From Candidatus Kaiserbacteria bacterium (GTDB lineage Bacteria > Patescibacteriota > Minisyncoccia > Phycocordibacterales > UBA2100), in contig VGJQ01000002.1 of NCBI GenBank assembly GCA_016867375.1, positions 368-64,367 on the forward strand: a DNA stretch of 64,000 nucleotides, in the 5' to 3' direction. This document shows, piece by piece, positions 26,600-36,700 of this stretch; positions within the stretch are counted from its first letter, which is position 1; each line of letters begins with the position of its first letter. The translations under genes and the position numbers were made by a program. A model generated the notes under the pieces. That model did no database searches. It was not told the origin of the DNA and saw only the letters and a program-made list of their open reading frames with translations.

Positions 26600-27082
26600 T
26601 TAGGCCGATTTCACCTTTTCCTTGCTGACCTTGAACCAGCCGAAGATGGTTCGGAAGAATTCCGGATCCTGGCGCCACAGGTAGTAAGCGATCAACATGA
26701 TCAGAGCGAGATCCACGAGTGGTTTCATCCAAACGAAGATGCCGAATCCGAAAGCCATGGTAAGCACACCGACCGTTCGCATATGCTTCCATACAGCGAA
26801 ATTCCATTCGCCGAGGAAGTCGAAGAAGTCCGGCGCAAAGGTCGCCAAGACGATACCTGCGCCGATGACGGCAGGGAAGAGTCCGGTGCGGAACTCAAGC
26901 ACTATCATCGCGAGCACGTAGATCGCTGGCAGGAGCCAGGGCGGATTCATCCGCGTGACCCATTCCGTGTTGCGGAAAGGGTTGGTCATGCCGACCCAGG
27001 TGACCGGATCGAAAGTCTGCGGCCATTTAAAGCCGACGAACATGACAGCTCCCAGAAAGAGCGCGATTTCGACGAGAAACAT
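26600..27082 (-). CDS. Hypothetical integral membrane protein (161 aa, 5 TM helices)
   Basis: GGAGAGG SD 5 nt upstream of ATG 27082; the track ORF extends to 27244. Confidence 0.55.
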   Translation of the reverse strand: MFLVEIALFLGAVMFVGFKWPQTFDPVTWVGMTNPFRNTEWVTRMNPPWLLPAIYVLAMIVLEFRTGLFPAVIGAGIVLATFAPDFFDFLGEWNFAVWKHMRTVGVLTMAFGFGIFVWMKPLVDLALIMLIAYYLWRQDPEFFRTIFGWFKVSKEKVKSA

Positions 27083-27384
27083 AGTTCCTCTCCTGTTAAG
27101 AATGTTAAGAACGCATTGCCAGAGTCCGGATGGGTATGGCAGGTGGTAGGGGTATGGGTGATGCCCAGCGGACCGACGATATGTATAACGCGTGGTCGCG
27201 TGGAAGTCAATACTCGACATTTGGATGCGCACAAGATTGCGCAAGATTCACTAGTACAGGTATATGTTCATTGTAGCGCAGAGATCGTTTTGTGCGCCAC
27301 CAGGTATGGAGAGACTCTTATGAATTGACAATCAAGCACAACAAGATACCCTGGAAGAGTAGTCACTGTCGACTACGTGTTCCT

Positions 27385-27445
27385 AAGGCTCACTTCTGTA
27401 CAAATGACTTCTAGTCATTTGTACAAGTGTGCACTTACTTATGGG
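27385..27445. repeat. Module C variant (AAGGCTCACTTCTGTACAAATGAC-TTCTA-GTCATTTGTACAAGTGTGCACTTA)
   Basis: Same architecture as module C, with a diverged inner palindrome. Confidence 0.65.
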
Positions 27446-27463
27446 AAGAGTTGGAGTAAAAAG

Positions 27464-28018
27464 ATGCGGAGTAGATTCCTGGCACTCGTGTGCATACTCA
27501 GTCTCGCGGTCATCACGTGGCCCGGAGGCGCTGCGGCGCAGTACTTTGGCCCGTACGGGCCTTACGGTCCCTATGGTCCGTATGATCACGGACCTCCTCA
27601 GGGATACGGACACCATGGTCCGCCGGCGGGTTTTCGCGAGCCTCCTTCGTGTCGCGTCCAGAATGGCGTCGACTATGGTGGTAGGTGGGAAGCTTGCACC
27701 GCGGCGGTCGAAAGAGCAAATCGGAACAATCGTTTGGATCGTGTTAACTATGAATGCGATTCATTTTGCACACTGAGACTTGGTGGACGTAATGTGTGCG
27801 TGACGCCGGATGCGCGCTTCGGGTTTCATGGCATATCCTATGGCGGCCCGTATAGCCAGAATATTAACCCGCGAGGGAATGCGATGTTCTTGCGTCGCTT
27901 GCCCTGGCAGATCCAAGCGTGGGTGCTGAGTCATGATGCGCTCGCTTCCAAAAGGATGACGTATATGTCTGGCAGTGAGGCAATCGCACTCGGCATCCGC
28001 CAGTGTCCGGGTAGCTGA
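27464..28018 (+). CDS. Secreted hypothetical protein with (GPY)4 repeat and a Cys-containing C-terminal domain
   Basis: Signal peptide MRSRFLALVCILSLAVITWPGGAAA, then YGPYGPYGPYGPYDHGPPQGYGHHGPP. GGAG SD present. Confidence 0.55.
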   Translation: MRSRFLALVCILSLAVITWPGGAAAQYFGPYGPYGPYGPYDHGPPQGYGHHGPPAGFREPPSCRVQNGVDYGGRWEACTAAVERANRNNRLDRVNYECDSFCTLRLGGRNVCVTPDARFGFHGISYGGPYSQNINPRGNAMFLRRLPWQIQAWVLSHDALASKRMTYMSGSEAIALGIRQCPGS

Positions 28019-28037
28019 TCTTTCCATATCATGACGA

Positions 28038-28072
28038 AAAAAGCCGGCTCATACGCATGAGCCGGCTTTTTC
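28038..28072 (+). terminator. Rho-independent terminator AAGCCGGCTCAT-ACGC-ATGAGCCGGCTT + TTTTCT
   Basis: 12-bp stem with a T-tract. Confidence 0.7.
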
Positions 28073-28198
28073 TACGGGGAGCCGAATACCCCGCAGCTCT
28101 GCTGTGGAGTAGGAGACGAGTAGATGAAAAGCATCGGTGGGCACTTCCGCAAATCGACATCCATATATACACGATAGGGCAACGCGTGTTCTTCTGCT

Positions 28199-28915
28199 AT
28201 GATGCCCCGCATGAAGCGACAGCGCGATTTTTGGAACAAAGAATACAAAGACCCGGAGCACCTGGCACTCTCTACCGCTGTCTCGGAAGACCTGGAAAAA
28301 TTCACCCGGTTTTTGGAGCGCGCCGAAGGCAAACTCCACCTCAATCCGATCGCGCTTGCGGTCGATCTGGGATGTGGCAATGGGCGCAATCTGATCTATC
28401 TCGCAGAGCGCTACGGCATGCGCGGTATCGGGTACGACATCTCCGATGAGGCGATCAAGCAGGCACAGCAGCTTTCCGAAGGATTGCCGATCCACTACGA
28501 GGCGCGCAGTATCGACGGCGATTTCTCCGGCATCAAAGACGGCTCAGTCTCGCTCGTGCTCGACATGATGAGTTCGCACTTCCTCAAGCGTGCGGCGCGC
28601 GAGCATTTGCGCGATGAGATCGTGCGTATCCTGCGCCCGGGCGGATGGCTCTTTTTCAAATCGTTCCTCGGCGAAGGCGATCTCAATGCGCAGCGCATGC
28701 TCAAAGACTATCCAGCAGGGGAGGGTGAGGACAACGCATATATCCATCCCAGGCTTGGCGTCTACGAATACGTCTGGCGCGATGCCGACGCAATACGGGA
28801 ATTCTTTGAACCGTATTTTGAGGTACACAAGGTCGACAAATCGCATCGCCATCTTACCAAGCACGGCGAGCCCAATAAGCGCCGCACTGTGGCGGTGTAT
28901 TTGCAGAAGCAATAG
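28199..28915 (+). CDS. Class I SAM-dependent methyltransferase
   Basis: Motif I LDLGCGNGRN and motif post-I/II ILRPGGWLFF. Confidence 0.7.
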   Translation: MMPRMKRQRDFWNKEYKDPEHLALSTAVSEDLEKFTRFLERAEGKLHLNPIALAVDLGCGNGRNLIYLAERYGMRGIGYDISDEAIKQAQQLSEGLPIHYEARSIDGDFSGIKDGSVSLVLDMMSSHFLKRAAREHLRDEIVRILRPGGWLFFKSFLGEGDLNAQRMLKDYPAGEGEDNAYIHPRLGVYEYVWRDADAIREFFEPYFEVHKVDKSHRHLTKHGEPNKRRTVAVYLQKQ

Positions 28916-28927
28916 AGGCCTACCTAC

Positions 28928-29273
28928 CCACCTACACTTATCTGTGCCTATAGGCACGGATAAGTGTAGGTGGTGGATGCATTGTTGTTTGGTCGTGTAA
29001 GGGTTCGTCCACAAATTAACGAATCCGTTATGTGTGGACTACACGTATGGGCCCGCTCATTTTGTGTTGAACTTACTTATGAACGAGCCCTTAGGGCTCG
29101 TCCGTAAATAAATCGACCCTCTCTGAGCTCATTGCATCGCCGACTACAACCACTCCTCAATCGCAAAAAGCTCATCGTACCTCGGGTACGCCTCGCTTTT
29201 TGCTCAATCGTCGCGGCCGTATTCGACGCGCACTGAGTCATATAGGGTCAATTTATTTACGGAAGAGCCCTAA
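28928..29273. mobile_element. MITE-like composite. 48-bp perfect palindrome CCACCTACACTTATCTGTGCCTATAGGCACGGATAAGTGTAGGTGG (28928-28975), module A (28999-29092), then a ~115-bp core bounded by ~26-bp terminal inverted repeats GGGCTCGTCCGTAAATAAATCGACCC / GGGTCAATTTATTTACGGAAGAGCCC (29093-29118, 29245-29270)
   Basis: Inverted repeats read directly; non-coding; left boundary of a repeat-bounded island. Confidence 0.65.
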
Positions 29274-29345
29274 CTGTCGGGATGCGCCGTTTGAACGCGC
29301 GGCTTGAACGGTGCGAAGAATCTTTGCGTGGTGTATCATTTCCCC

Positions 29346-30653
29346 ATGGACCGAATGGAAAAGTGGCAGAAGCCGGTACGTGCGCCGGAGACAGGTGGTG
29401 GATCTTCTGATGAGGACCATGAAGAAAGTGACTTCGACCGTCTTAATCGAATAGATCAGGAGGCATTTGACTTCGATCTTCAGCGAGAAACCGAGTTTCT
29501 GAACAAGGTTGAGTGGGCTGATTCTGTGACCCAAAAACAACTTGCCTTACAAGCGATTGCTGATGGAAACGGATGGATGGTGCGGAACAATCCGTTTGAG
29601 TTTAATGCTGCATGTCGCGACAAAGAAATGCTCCTGGCAGTCATTAACGATAGTAATGGTTTATGGGATCAAGACTGGGTATACTGCAAAAGGGCTCATG
29701 AGTCTGATTTGGATAATGATGTCGCACATGCCATCGTACGCGCCGCGCAAGCGGGACCGACTTCATTCCCAAAAATACTGTCGGGAAGCGGTGAGTTTCA
29801 TGGTCTCGATAGTCAAATCGCGCACTATTTGATTGAAGATGGATGGCGAGAGGCAGTGATCAAACATCTCGATAACTTTACTCATCTCGGTAAGGAGACA
29901 TTTTTAACATTGTGGAGAAGTGTGGAAGAATGGATAGAGCATGCTGTGGAGCATGGCAATGCCATACCACCCACTATTGGCGATCGCGTCGATCTTTTAC
30001 GGAATCTCGATAGATTTGATGGGCTCGACAAAAAAGTGCTTGAGAAGATTTTACAGAGCCCGGGTAGCTTCAACGTCTTTGCCAACCTTACATATTTCCC
30101 CAGCGTAACGCATGACGAAATCGCGGAGATGCTCGTAGCACATGGATATTCGAACCAGCTCGCTGCTCATATACATCTTCTTACCGTTTCAGATAAAAAA
30201 GCTCTTTTGAAAAGCTTTATGGACAGCGGCAATGGTGCCGCTATCGTCGGTAATATCGAGAAGTGGAAAGATGTGGTATCCATCGAGCAGGCGACTGATT
30301 GGTTTCATAAAAAGATGGCACAAGTGCTTGAGAAAGAACACACTATTGAAAACACCGAACATTGGGTGGATGAAGACATTGATGAGTATGATGAATTTGA
30401 TGCGTTCCGATACGACGGGGCAATGGAAAATTTACAAAAACTTGTGCAACGAACGTGTGCCATAAATGACGCTTATAACGGGAAAATTGACCCTGTATTA
30501 GGTCGCCTGATGAAAGAGTACGAAACGTGGCCGGGATCCGACATATATCAGGCATATCAAGCACTTCTCACGGAAGGACGTGTTCCACAGCATATATCCG
30601 AGCTCGGCGTGATGCATGGTGGAGAAGTCGGACTCAATCAACTTACCGAGTGA
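29346..30653 (+). CDS. Hypothetical protein (435 aa, acidic, helical, no signal peptide or TM)
   Basis: Long intact ORF (the track starts at TTG 29304). Its stop abuts the start of the next large ORF, so the two are likely co-transcribed and translationally coupled. Confidence 0.55.
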   Translation: MDRMEKWQKPVRAPETGGGSSDEDHEESDFDRLNRIDQEAFDFDLQRETEFLNKVEWADSVTQKQLALQAIADGNGWMVRNNPFEFNAACRDKEMLLAVINDSNGLWDQDWVYCKRAHESDLDNDVAHAIVRAAQAGPTSFPKILSGSGEFHGLDSQIAHYLIEDGWREAVIKHLDNFTHLGKETFLTLWRSVEEWIEHAVEHGNAIPPTIGDRVDLLRNLDRFDGLDKKVLEKILQSPGSFNVFANLTYFPSVTHDEIAEMLVAHGYSNQLAAHIHLLTVSDKKALLKSFMDSGNGAAIVGNIEKWKDVVSIEQATDWFHKKMAQVLEKEHTIENTEHWVDEDIDEYDEFDAFRYDGAMENLQKLVQRTCAINDAYNGKIDPVLGRLMKEYETWPGSDIYQAYQALLTEGRVPQHISELGVMHGGEVGLNQLTE

Positions 30654-32045
30654 TTGCGAGATGTTCGCGGGAAGATCATTCGCGAACAATACGACCCTCA
30701 CATGATCGTGCAGAATCCTTTTGTAAAACACCTCGCCATTGATCTGGTGCGCTATGAACATAGTGATTTTGCTAAAGGAAGTGCGAGGCAGTTTGAGAGT
30801 CAGGTGCTTGAATATATCGGTTTGAAGGACCATATTAAAGGTGGCTTTAAGCCGTTGAACGAAACATACACACCAAGCGATGTGCTCAATATCGCAAAAG
30901 TCGACAAAACGCGCGAAGCGGAGTTCAAGCACACGAAGGATTTTTTCAGCCGGTGGGGGCGCGTTCTCGCGGCGCTTGAGCAGGCGCAATACCTGCTGCA
31001 CAACAAAGGCTCGCGCGGCCTCGGAGAGTTGCGCGAAAGCATCGAGCGGCATGTCGGTGCATACATCGGACGCTTGCGCACCGAGATGCATCAGCCGCCA
31101 AAACGAGTGAACGCCAGAGACAAACCGCTTCCACCGCTTACGTCGCAGCAAATGGAGCAGCGGGTACGGCATATGGAGCAAACGATCGAGCGCCTGCAAA
31201 GCGTCCTTGATCACCGGCCATCGTTGCAAGAGCAATTCAATATATTGCGGTCGATTAAAGGGGAGTTTGATGATGAATTGATGCAACTGATGTTCTTCTT
31301 GGGTTTTCGGTACAACCGTGGCTATGTCAGCGAGCCTCTTCCCTCCTATTCTCTCGAGAATCCGACTCTCGATGAAATCACGTGGGTGATGAACTTCGTC
31401 GATCACATCGTGGGCCAAGAGACACTCTCGAAATACTTTACCGACAAAAAGGCGGCAAAGTCATTTCGCGATCTTATCGATCTTTCGGCGCTCGAGCAGG
31501 GTGTCGCGCGGATGCAAAATGCGCTCGGTACCGCGGGCGCCATGCATATGCAATTCTTGCCCAATCGCGGCTTGCTCGCCGAATTCTCCGGACAAATTGC
31601 CGACGCCTGTTGGGCGACGACGCATGGCATCGGCCTGCTGGAGAAATTCCCCCACATCACGACGCTCCTCATGGTCCAAAATCCCGAGACGGTGCACGAG
31701 CGGCTCGCGGGGGCCGCGCTCCTGATAGAGACTGTCAGCGCGAATGATGAGCCGCTCCTAGTGATCCGTGGTTTGAATCCAATCCAAAATGTCATCAACC
31801 AGCTCGATGTAAAAGACTTTTATCAGCACACAATCACATACCTCAAGACGATAGCGCAGAAGCAGGGTAGGAAGCTCGCCATCGTTATCGACGACCATTC
31901 CGGCGGAGCAGCGACTAATCGACCCGTTCTTTTCACGTATCTCGATCAACTCAAATCATCTCTGCAAAAGGTACGCCTCAAATCAGCACAGGACACGACC
32001 TTCAATGACTACAGTATCGTGAATGATTGTTACCTTGTGGCTTGA
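30654..32045 (+). CDS. Hypothetical protein (463 aa; 448 aa if it starts at ATG 30699)
   Basis: Long intact ORF co-oriented with 29346..30653; no recognisable catalytic motif. Confidence 0.55.
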   Translation: MRDVRGKIIREQYDPHMIVQNPFVKHLAIDLVRYEHSDFAKGSARQFESQVLEYIGLKDHIKGGFKPLNETYTPSDVLNIAKVDKTREAEFKHTKDFFSRWGRVLAALEQAQYLLHNKGSRGLGELRESIERHVGAYIGRLRTEMHQPPKRVNARDKPLPPLTSQQMEQRVRHMEQTIERLQSVLDHRPSLQEQFNILRSIKGEFDDELMQLMFFLGFRYNRGYVSEPLPSYSLENPTLDEITWVMNFVDHIVGQETLSKYFTDKKAAKSFRDLIDLSALEQGVARMQNALGTAGAMHMQFLPNRGLLAEFSGQIADACWATTHGIGLLEKFPHITTLLMVQNPETVHERLAGAALLIETVSANDEPLLVIRGLNPIQNVINQLDVKDFYQHTITYLKTIAQKQGRKLAIVIDDHSGGAATNRPVLFTYLDQLKSSLQKVRLKSAQDTTFNDYSIVNDCYLVA

Positions 32046-32055
32046 AGAAGTTTTT

Positions 32056-32336
32056 AGGTCCCGTTCATAAGGCTCACTTCTGCATACATGACTTTTGGTC
32101 ATGTATGCAAGTGTGCACTTATAATTTCAACACAAAATGAACGGGCCCATAAGTGTAGTCCACAAATAACGAGTACGTTAATTTGTGGACGAGTCCTTAA
32201 AGTACTTGTTTATGATTCGCGGCCGCGAATCATAAACAAGTACTTTTATCCGGACAATATATTTTGGGATGTTCTAAGGCTTAACCTTAGAACAGATATG
32301 CTATCTTTGCGCTATAGCGTGGAGATAGCATACAGA
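32056..32336. repeat. Composite repeat: module C + module B (32056-32200), 46-bp perfect palindrome AAGTACTTGTTTATGATTCGCGG|CCGCGAATCATAAACAAGTACTT (32199-32246), palindrome GTTCTAAGG-CTTAA-CCTTAGAAC (32270-32292), module D (32297-32336)
   Basis: Read directly; right boundary of the two-gene island. Confidence 0.8.
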
Positions 32337-32414
32337 TATTGAAGCGGGACTTCGTTTGCTTTGAGCATATCCCAAATCGATGAATACTACTCATGACCTC
32401 CGATGTATCAATAG

Positions 32415-33116
32415 ATGTCCTATAGATCTCTTATTCATACGTGGTTTTGCGAACATGCTAAGGACCCGTCCATAAGGGCGGCCTTTTCCTCGATGGTGTT
32501 GCGGGTGCGCGCGGAGTGCAATGGGCACCATTGCACTACCGTGTATGATTGCATCGTTTCGGGGGAATATTACAATGTGCAGACGATGGCCTACTATTAT
32601 TCGCCGTTTCGGAAGGTATATGCAAAACCGTCTGAAGGGTGCCCTTTTTGTACAAGCGCCACGTTTGCAGAGCAGATCATCACTTCAGGGCACGGTATGG
32701 CAGTCGAGAATGAGCATTATCGATGGATCATTAATGCATATCCAAAATTTGAAGGCCATACCATGGTGGTGCCTAAGCGTCATGTGACTACTCTTGGCGA
32801 TGAGAGTGCTGAAGAAATTGTCGCTCGGGAAGAGCTCATTGTGTTGGCGTCAAACACACTTCGGAAGCTGTATCCAGGGTCGGGAATTGAAGTATTTATA
32901 CAAACAGGAGAGGGTTCAGAAAGTAGCGTAGCCCATTTGCACTGGCATGTAGTGCCTTCACTTCCCGAGGATCATCTGCGCGGCTTTGACAAACTCGGTC
33001 ATTTCTTTACGATTGAGCAAGACAAGGAAAAGGTAATCGTCTTTCCGGTGCCGATTCGATTGGCACAAAGCGATCTCCTCAACGCCTTGAGAGATGTTCT
33101 TAGGTCCCGTTCATAA
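32415..33116 (+). CDS. HIT-superfamily (GalT/Ap4A-phosphorylase-like) nucleotidyl hydrolase or transferase
   Basis: Histidine-triad-like HLHWHVVP and a CPFC zinc-knuckle-like motif. The 3' end and stop codon lie inside a module B repeat. Confidence 0.55.
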   Translation: MSYRSLIHTWFCEHAKDPSIRAAFSSMVLRVRAECNGHHCTTVYDCIVSGEYYNVQTMAYYYSPFRKVYAKPSEGCPFCTSATFAEQIITSGHGMAVENEHYRWIINAYPKFEGHTMVVPKRHVTTLGDESAEEIVAREELIVLASNTLRKLYPGSGIEVFIQTGEGSESSVAHLHWHVVPSLPEDHLRGFDKLGHFFTIEQDKEKVIVFPVPIRLAQSDLLNALRDVLRSRS

Positions 33117-33194
33117 ATAATTTCAACACCAAATGAACGGGTCCATAAGTGTAGTCCACAAATAACGAGTACGTTATTTGTGGACGAGCCCTTA
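33099..33194. repeat. Module B copy overlapping the last ~6 codons and stop of the HIT-family gene
   Basis: GGTCCCGTTCAT..GTTATTTGTGGACGAGCCCTTA. Confidence 0.75.
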
Positions 33195-33219
33195 CACAAA
33201 CCACATAAGGAACGTACAG

Positions 33220-33500
33220 ATGAAAGCAATCATAATGGCTGGTGGTCGTGGAACGCGACTGGGTCTTTTAACGCATGACAACGTGAATAAACACATGTTG
33301 CCGGTCTACGATCGTCCCATGATCGAATATGTCATACAGACCTTGGTAAAAGGTGGACTCACTGACATTCGCGTCTCTCTGAATTAGAGCAATCCTCAGA
33401 TTTTGATGGCACAGCTCGAAGATGGTGCGCGTCTCGGATGCGACATCCACTACATGTATCATCGCGGCGCGTTTGCGGGGCCTGCCAGACACTTTCTCCA
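33220..33500 (+). pseudogene. Glucose-1-phosphate thymidylyl/uridylyltransferase (RfbA/nucleotidyl-transferase) remnant: 56 intact N-terminal codons, stop, then a frameshifted ~30 codons of residual similarity, then unrelated sequence
   Basis: MKAIIMAGGRGTRLGLLTHDNVNKHMLPVYDRPMIEYVIQTLVKGGLTDIRV aligns with the RfbA N-terminus (MKGIILAGGSGTRLYPLT..KQLLPVYDKPMIYY). A stop at 33385 and loss of homology afterwards. Confidence 0.55.
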
Positions 33501-33794
33501 TTGTGATAGGATAGTAGTGCTTTGTCAATACATCAAGAGCAATGTGTTGTTTTTGATGTGTGAGCACAAACATACAAGTCTGACTTGTTCAAAACAAAGT
33601 TATACACAAGCGTGTATCGATGCGGCTTTTTATGCGATAAAATTGACATGGTTTTTATTTTTTATTAAACGGCAATCGTTTACCTGTCGAGGCGCGAGAC
33701 GTCTCTCGAAGTATGGCCCATATACGGAAAAGCAACCGCTTTTCCCGGCAAAACCATGCTCTCGAGAACAAGTCATGCATAATTACTGAACATC

Positions 33795-36700
33795 ATGCGA
33801 AACATAATACGTTTCTTTGGCGCGTTGGGTATTTTATCAGTGTTTCTTTTTACGGGGCTCCACATCGCCTCCGCCGCGATCACGTCGAATACGGCCGCTG
33901 ATCTCACCATCACGGGGCAGACGATCAAAGCCTCGTCGACGCCGCTTGCGGTCATCGGGTTGAACGTCGCTGTAAATGCGGGTGAAAAACTCGCCTCGAC
34001 CTCGATCATGATCGCCGGCTCGAACGGCTTCGCGGTCGCGACCGACCTCGCCCCCCTCGGCACGGCGACATCGTCGGGTATCGCGCTCTACCGCGACACC
34101 AACGGCAACGGCCGCTTCGATGCGGCGGCGGATACCGTCGTCCCGCTTGCAAGCGCACCTGTCTTCACAGGCGCCACGACCACACTTTCGCTCACCGGGG
34201 CGGGCGAAACGCCCATCTCGAACGCGGGCGGCAACAACTACTTCCTCGTCGTGCAAACCGCTGGCGCAGCGGTGAATGGGCACGCGTTCACCGTGAGCAT
34301 CTATCCTGGCAACATTCAGTACAGCTCGGCCACTCCCGCTGGCTCGCCGACGGCCCTCACCACGAATACCATTACCGTCGACACGACGGCGCCCGCGCTC
34401 AATGCGGGCATGACGGGCCCCATGAACGGCTCGACCGGTGTACCCATCTCGACCTTTATCCACATGGGCTTCAATGAAAACCTCGACCAGACGACCCTTA
34501 ATTCATCCAACATCACTCTCACCGCGGGCGGCTCGCCCGTGGGCATCGCGGTACGACCCTTCCCCGACGGCTTCGATGTGGTCGTCTCCAACCCGCCCTC
34601 CTATGCGGCAAGTTCGCGCTTCGCCAAAGCCTCGACCGTCTCCACGGGCTTCTTCGGCGTCAACGGCACCAACACCATCTTCCCGCAGGGCACTTATACC
34701 GCGCCTGTGGTGGGCGATATCGTCTTCACCCAGTTCGACACCTTCGCGCCCGATATCGGCATCGTGACCAACAACACGCTTACCTCGGGCACCTTCGGCG
34801 TGAACGGTTTTGCGCTCTTCCGCCCTGCACAGATCACCAAATTCGCCGTGCCGAATTCGATCGGCGCTGTAACCGCGGCGACGGGTGTGGGCATAGGCGA
34901 TCTCATAGTCGTCAATACGAGCGCTAACCCGACCGACGTCAAGTACAACTGGCACGTCGTTACGACGGCGGACGCCGTCAATGGCGCGAGCTTGCGCCTC
35001 GACGGTTCGGGCGCCGCGCCCACGTACCAGAGCGGCTCATCGTTTAGCCGCCTTTTGCCCGCCGCGACTTCGACAGTCAATGGCTCGGGCGTCTTGAATG
35101 CCTCGACGACGTTTGCCGTGGGTGATCTTGTCTTCGCCCATCTTTCTGCAGGCGGGGATAATCTCAACCGGTACGCGTGGCATCTCGTGACCGCCGTTAC
35201 GGGCGCGGGCATTCTCGGCCCGCAGGGCGGTGGCGGCACCATTTCGCTCGACGGCGGTACGCCCACCTTTGCCAATAACTCGGTCGTCGCCAAGTTGACG
35301 ACCGCGGGCAACGGCGCCGTCGATACAGGCACTCCAGACGCTACAAGCTTCTCCTTCGGCGACATCATGTTCTCCAAAGTGACGGCAAACGCGGGCAACA
35401 CCGGTTCGTACGCCTTCCACATGATCTCAAACGGCGCCACCGGCGCGACCTCGACCGCGTTGCGCCTCGACAACAGCGCGTCCAATCTCCTACCCTCGAC
35501 CGCGTACGTCGCGACCGCAAGCACGGGAGTCAAGGATGCGGCGGGCAACGCTCTTGCATCACCCGTCACGCTCTCCTTCACCACCGGCTCGACCGGCGGC
35601 ACCAACACGACGCCCCCCGCAGTCATGAACACCCAGCCGCAGCAGGGCAACCAGCAATTCGCCCCCAATGGCAAAATTGCGTTGACCTTCAGCGTGACGA
35701 TGCTCGCCGACGGCGGCGCCAATGCCGTCAATAACGCGGCGGTCGTCGTGCTCTCGACGTCGGTCAATGGCGCACCGGGTTCCGCGGTGACGGCTACGCG
35801 CAGCTATGACGCGACAACCAACACGCTCACCGTCACGCCGAGCGCCAATCTTGCCACGAATACCGAGTATGTCGTTCAGGTGACGACCGCCGCGCGCACG
35901 ACGACCGGCGTTTCGATGCCCGGCGAGTATCGCCTGTACTTCCGCACGGCTTCGGCGGTCGACAACACGGCCCCGACCGTCCCCGGCGTCAACCCCGCCG
36001 CAGGTTCGACCGGCATTTCGCTCTCGCAAGTCTTTACCGCCGGATTCTCCAAAGACATGGATCCGGCGACCGTCTCGACGAGCACCGTCAAGCTCCTTAC
36101 GCAAGTCGGCGGTACGGCCGTCGCAGGCAACGTCTCGTACAACCCCATGAGCCGCTCGGCCAATTTCGTGCCGTCGGTCGTGCTCAACACCTCGACCGGG
36201 TACCGCTTCCAGATCGGCGCGGGCCTCACCGGGCCGGCGGATCTTGCCGGCAATCGTCTCGCCGCGACGTCAACTTCGTTTGCGACGACGACGGCATCGG
36301 CCGATGCGGTATCACCGATCGTCTCCTTCGCGAGCGCCGACAACTTCGGCATCGCCGTCACTTTCTCCGAGACGATGAAAACCGGCAGCGGCCCCAATGC
36401 GGCCGACAACATTGCCAACTACACGCTCGAAAGTCCGACGGGCACTTCGATCTCGCTCGGCGGAAAGACGGTCGTCTATGACGCCGGCACCAGGACGGCG
36501 CGTATCTCGGGCCTTTCGCTCCAAAACGGCAACACCTTCAAGGTGACGATCGCCACGCCCGTGCAAGATCTTGCGGGCAACGGCATCTCGACCGCCGGAA
36601 CACCCGCAGGCAATCTCTCTTTCGGCACCGTACAAAGCTCCTCAATGACGGGCGGCCAGCTTGGCCCCGGCACCGGCACGATGGATCAATCGCAGCAGGG

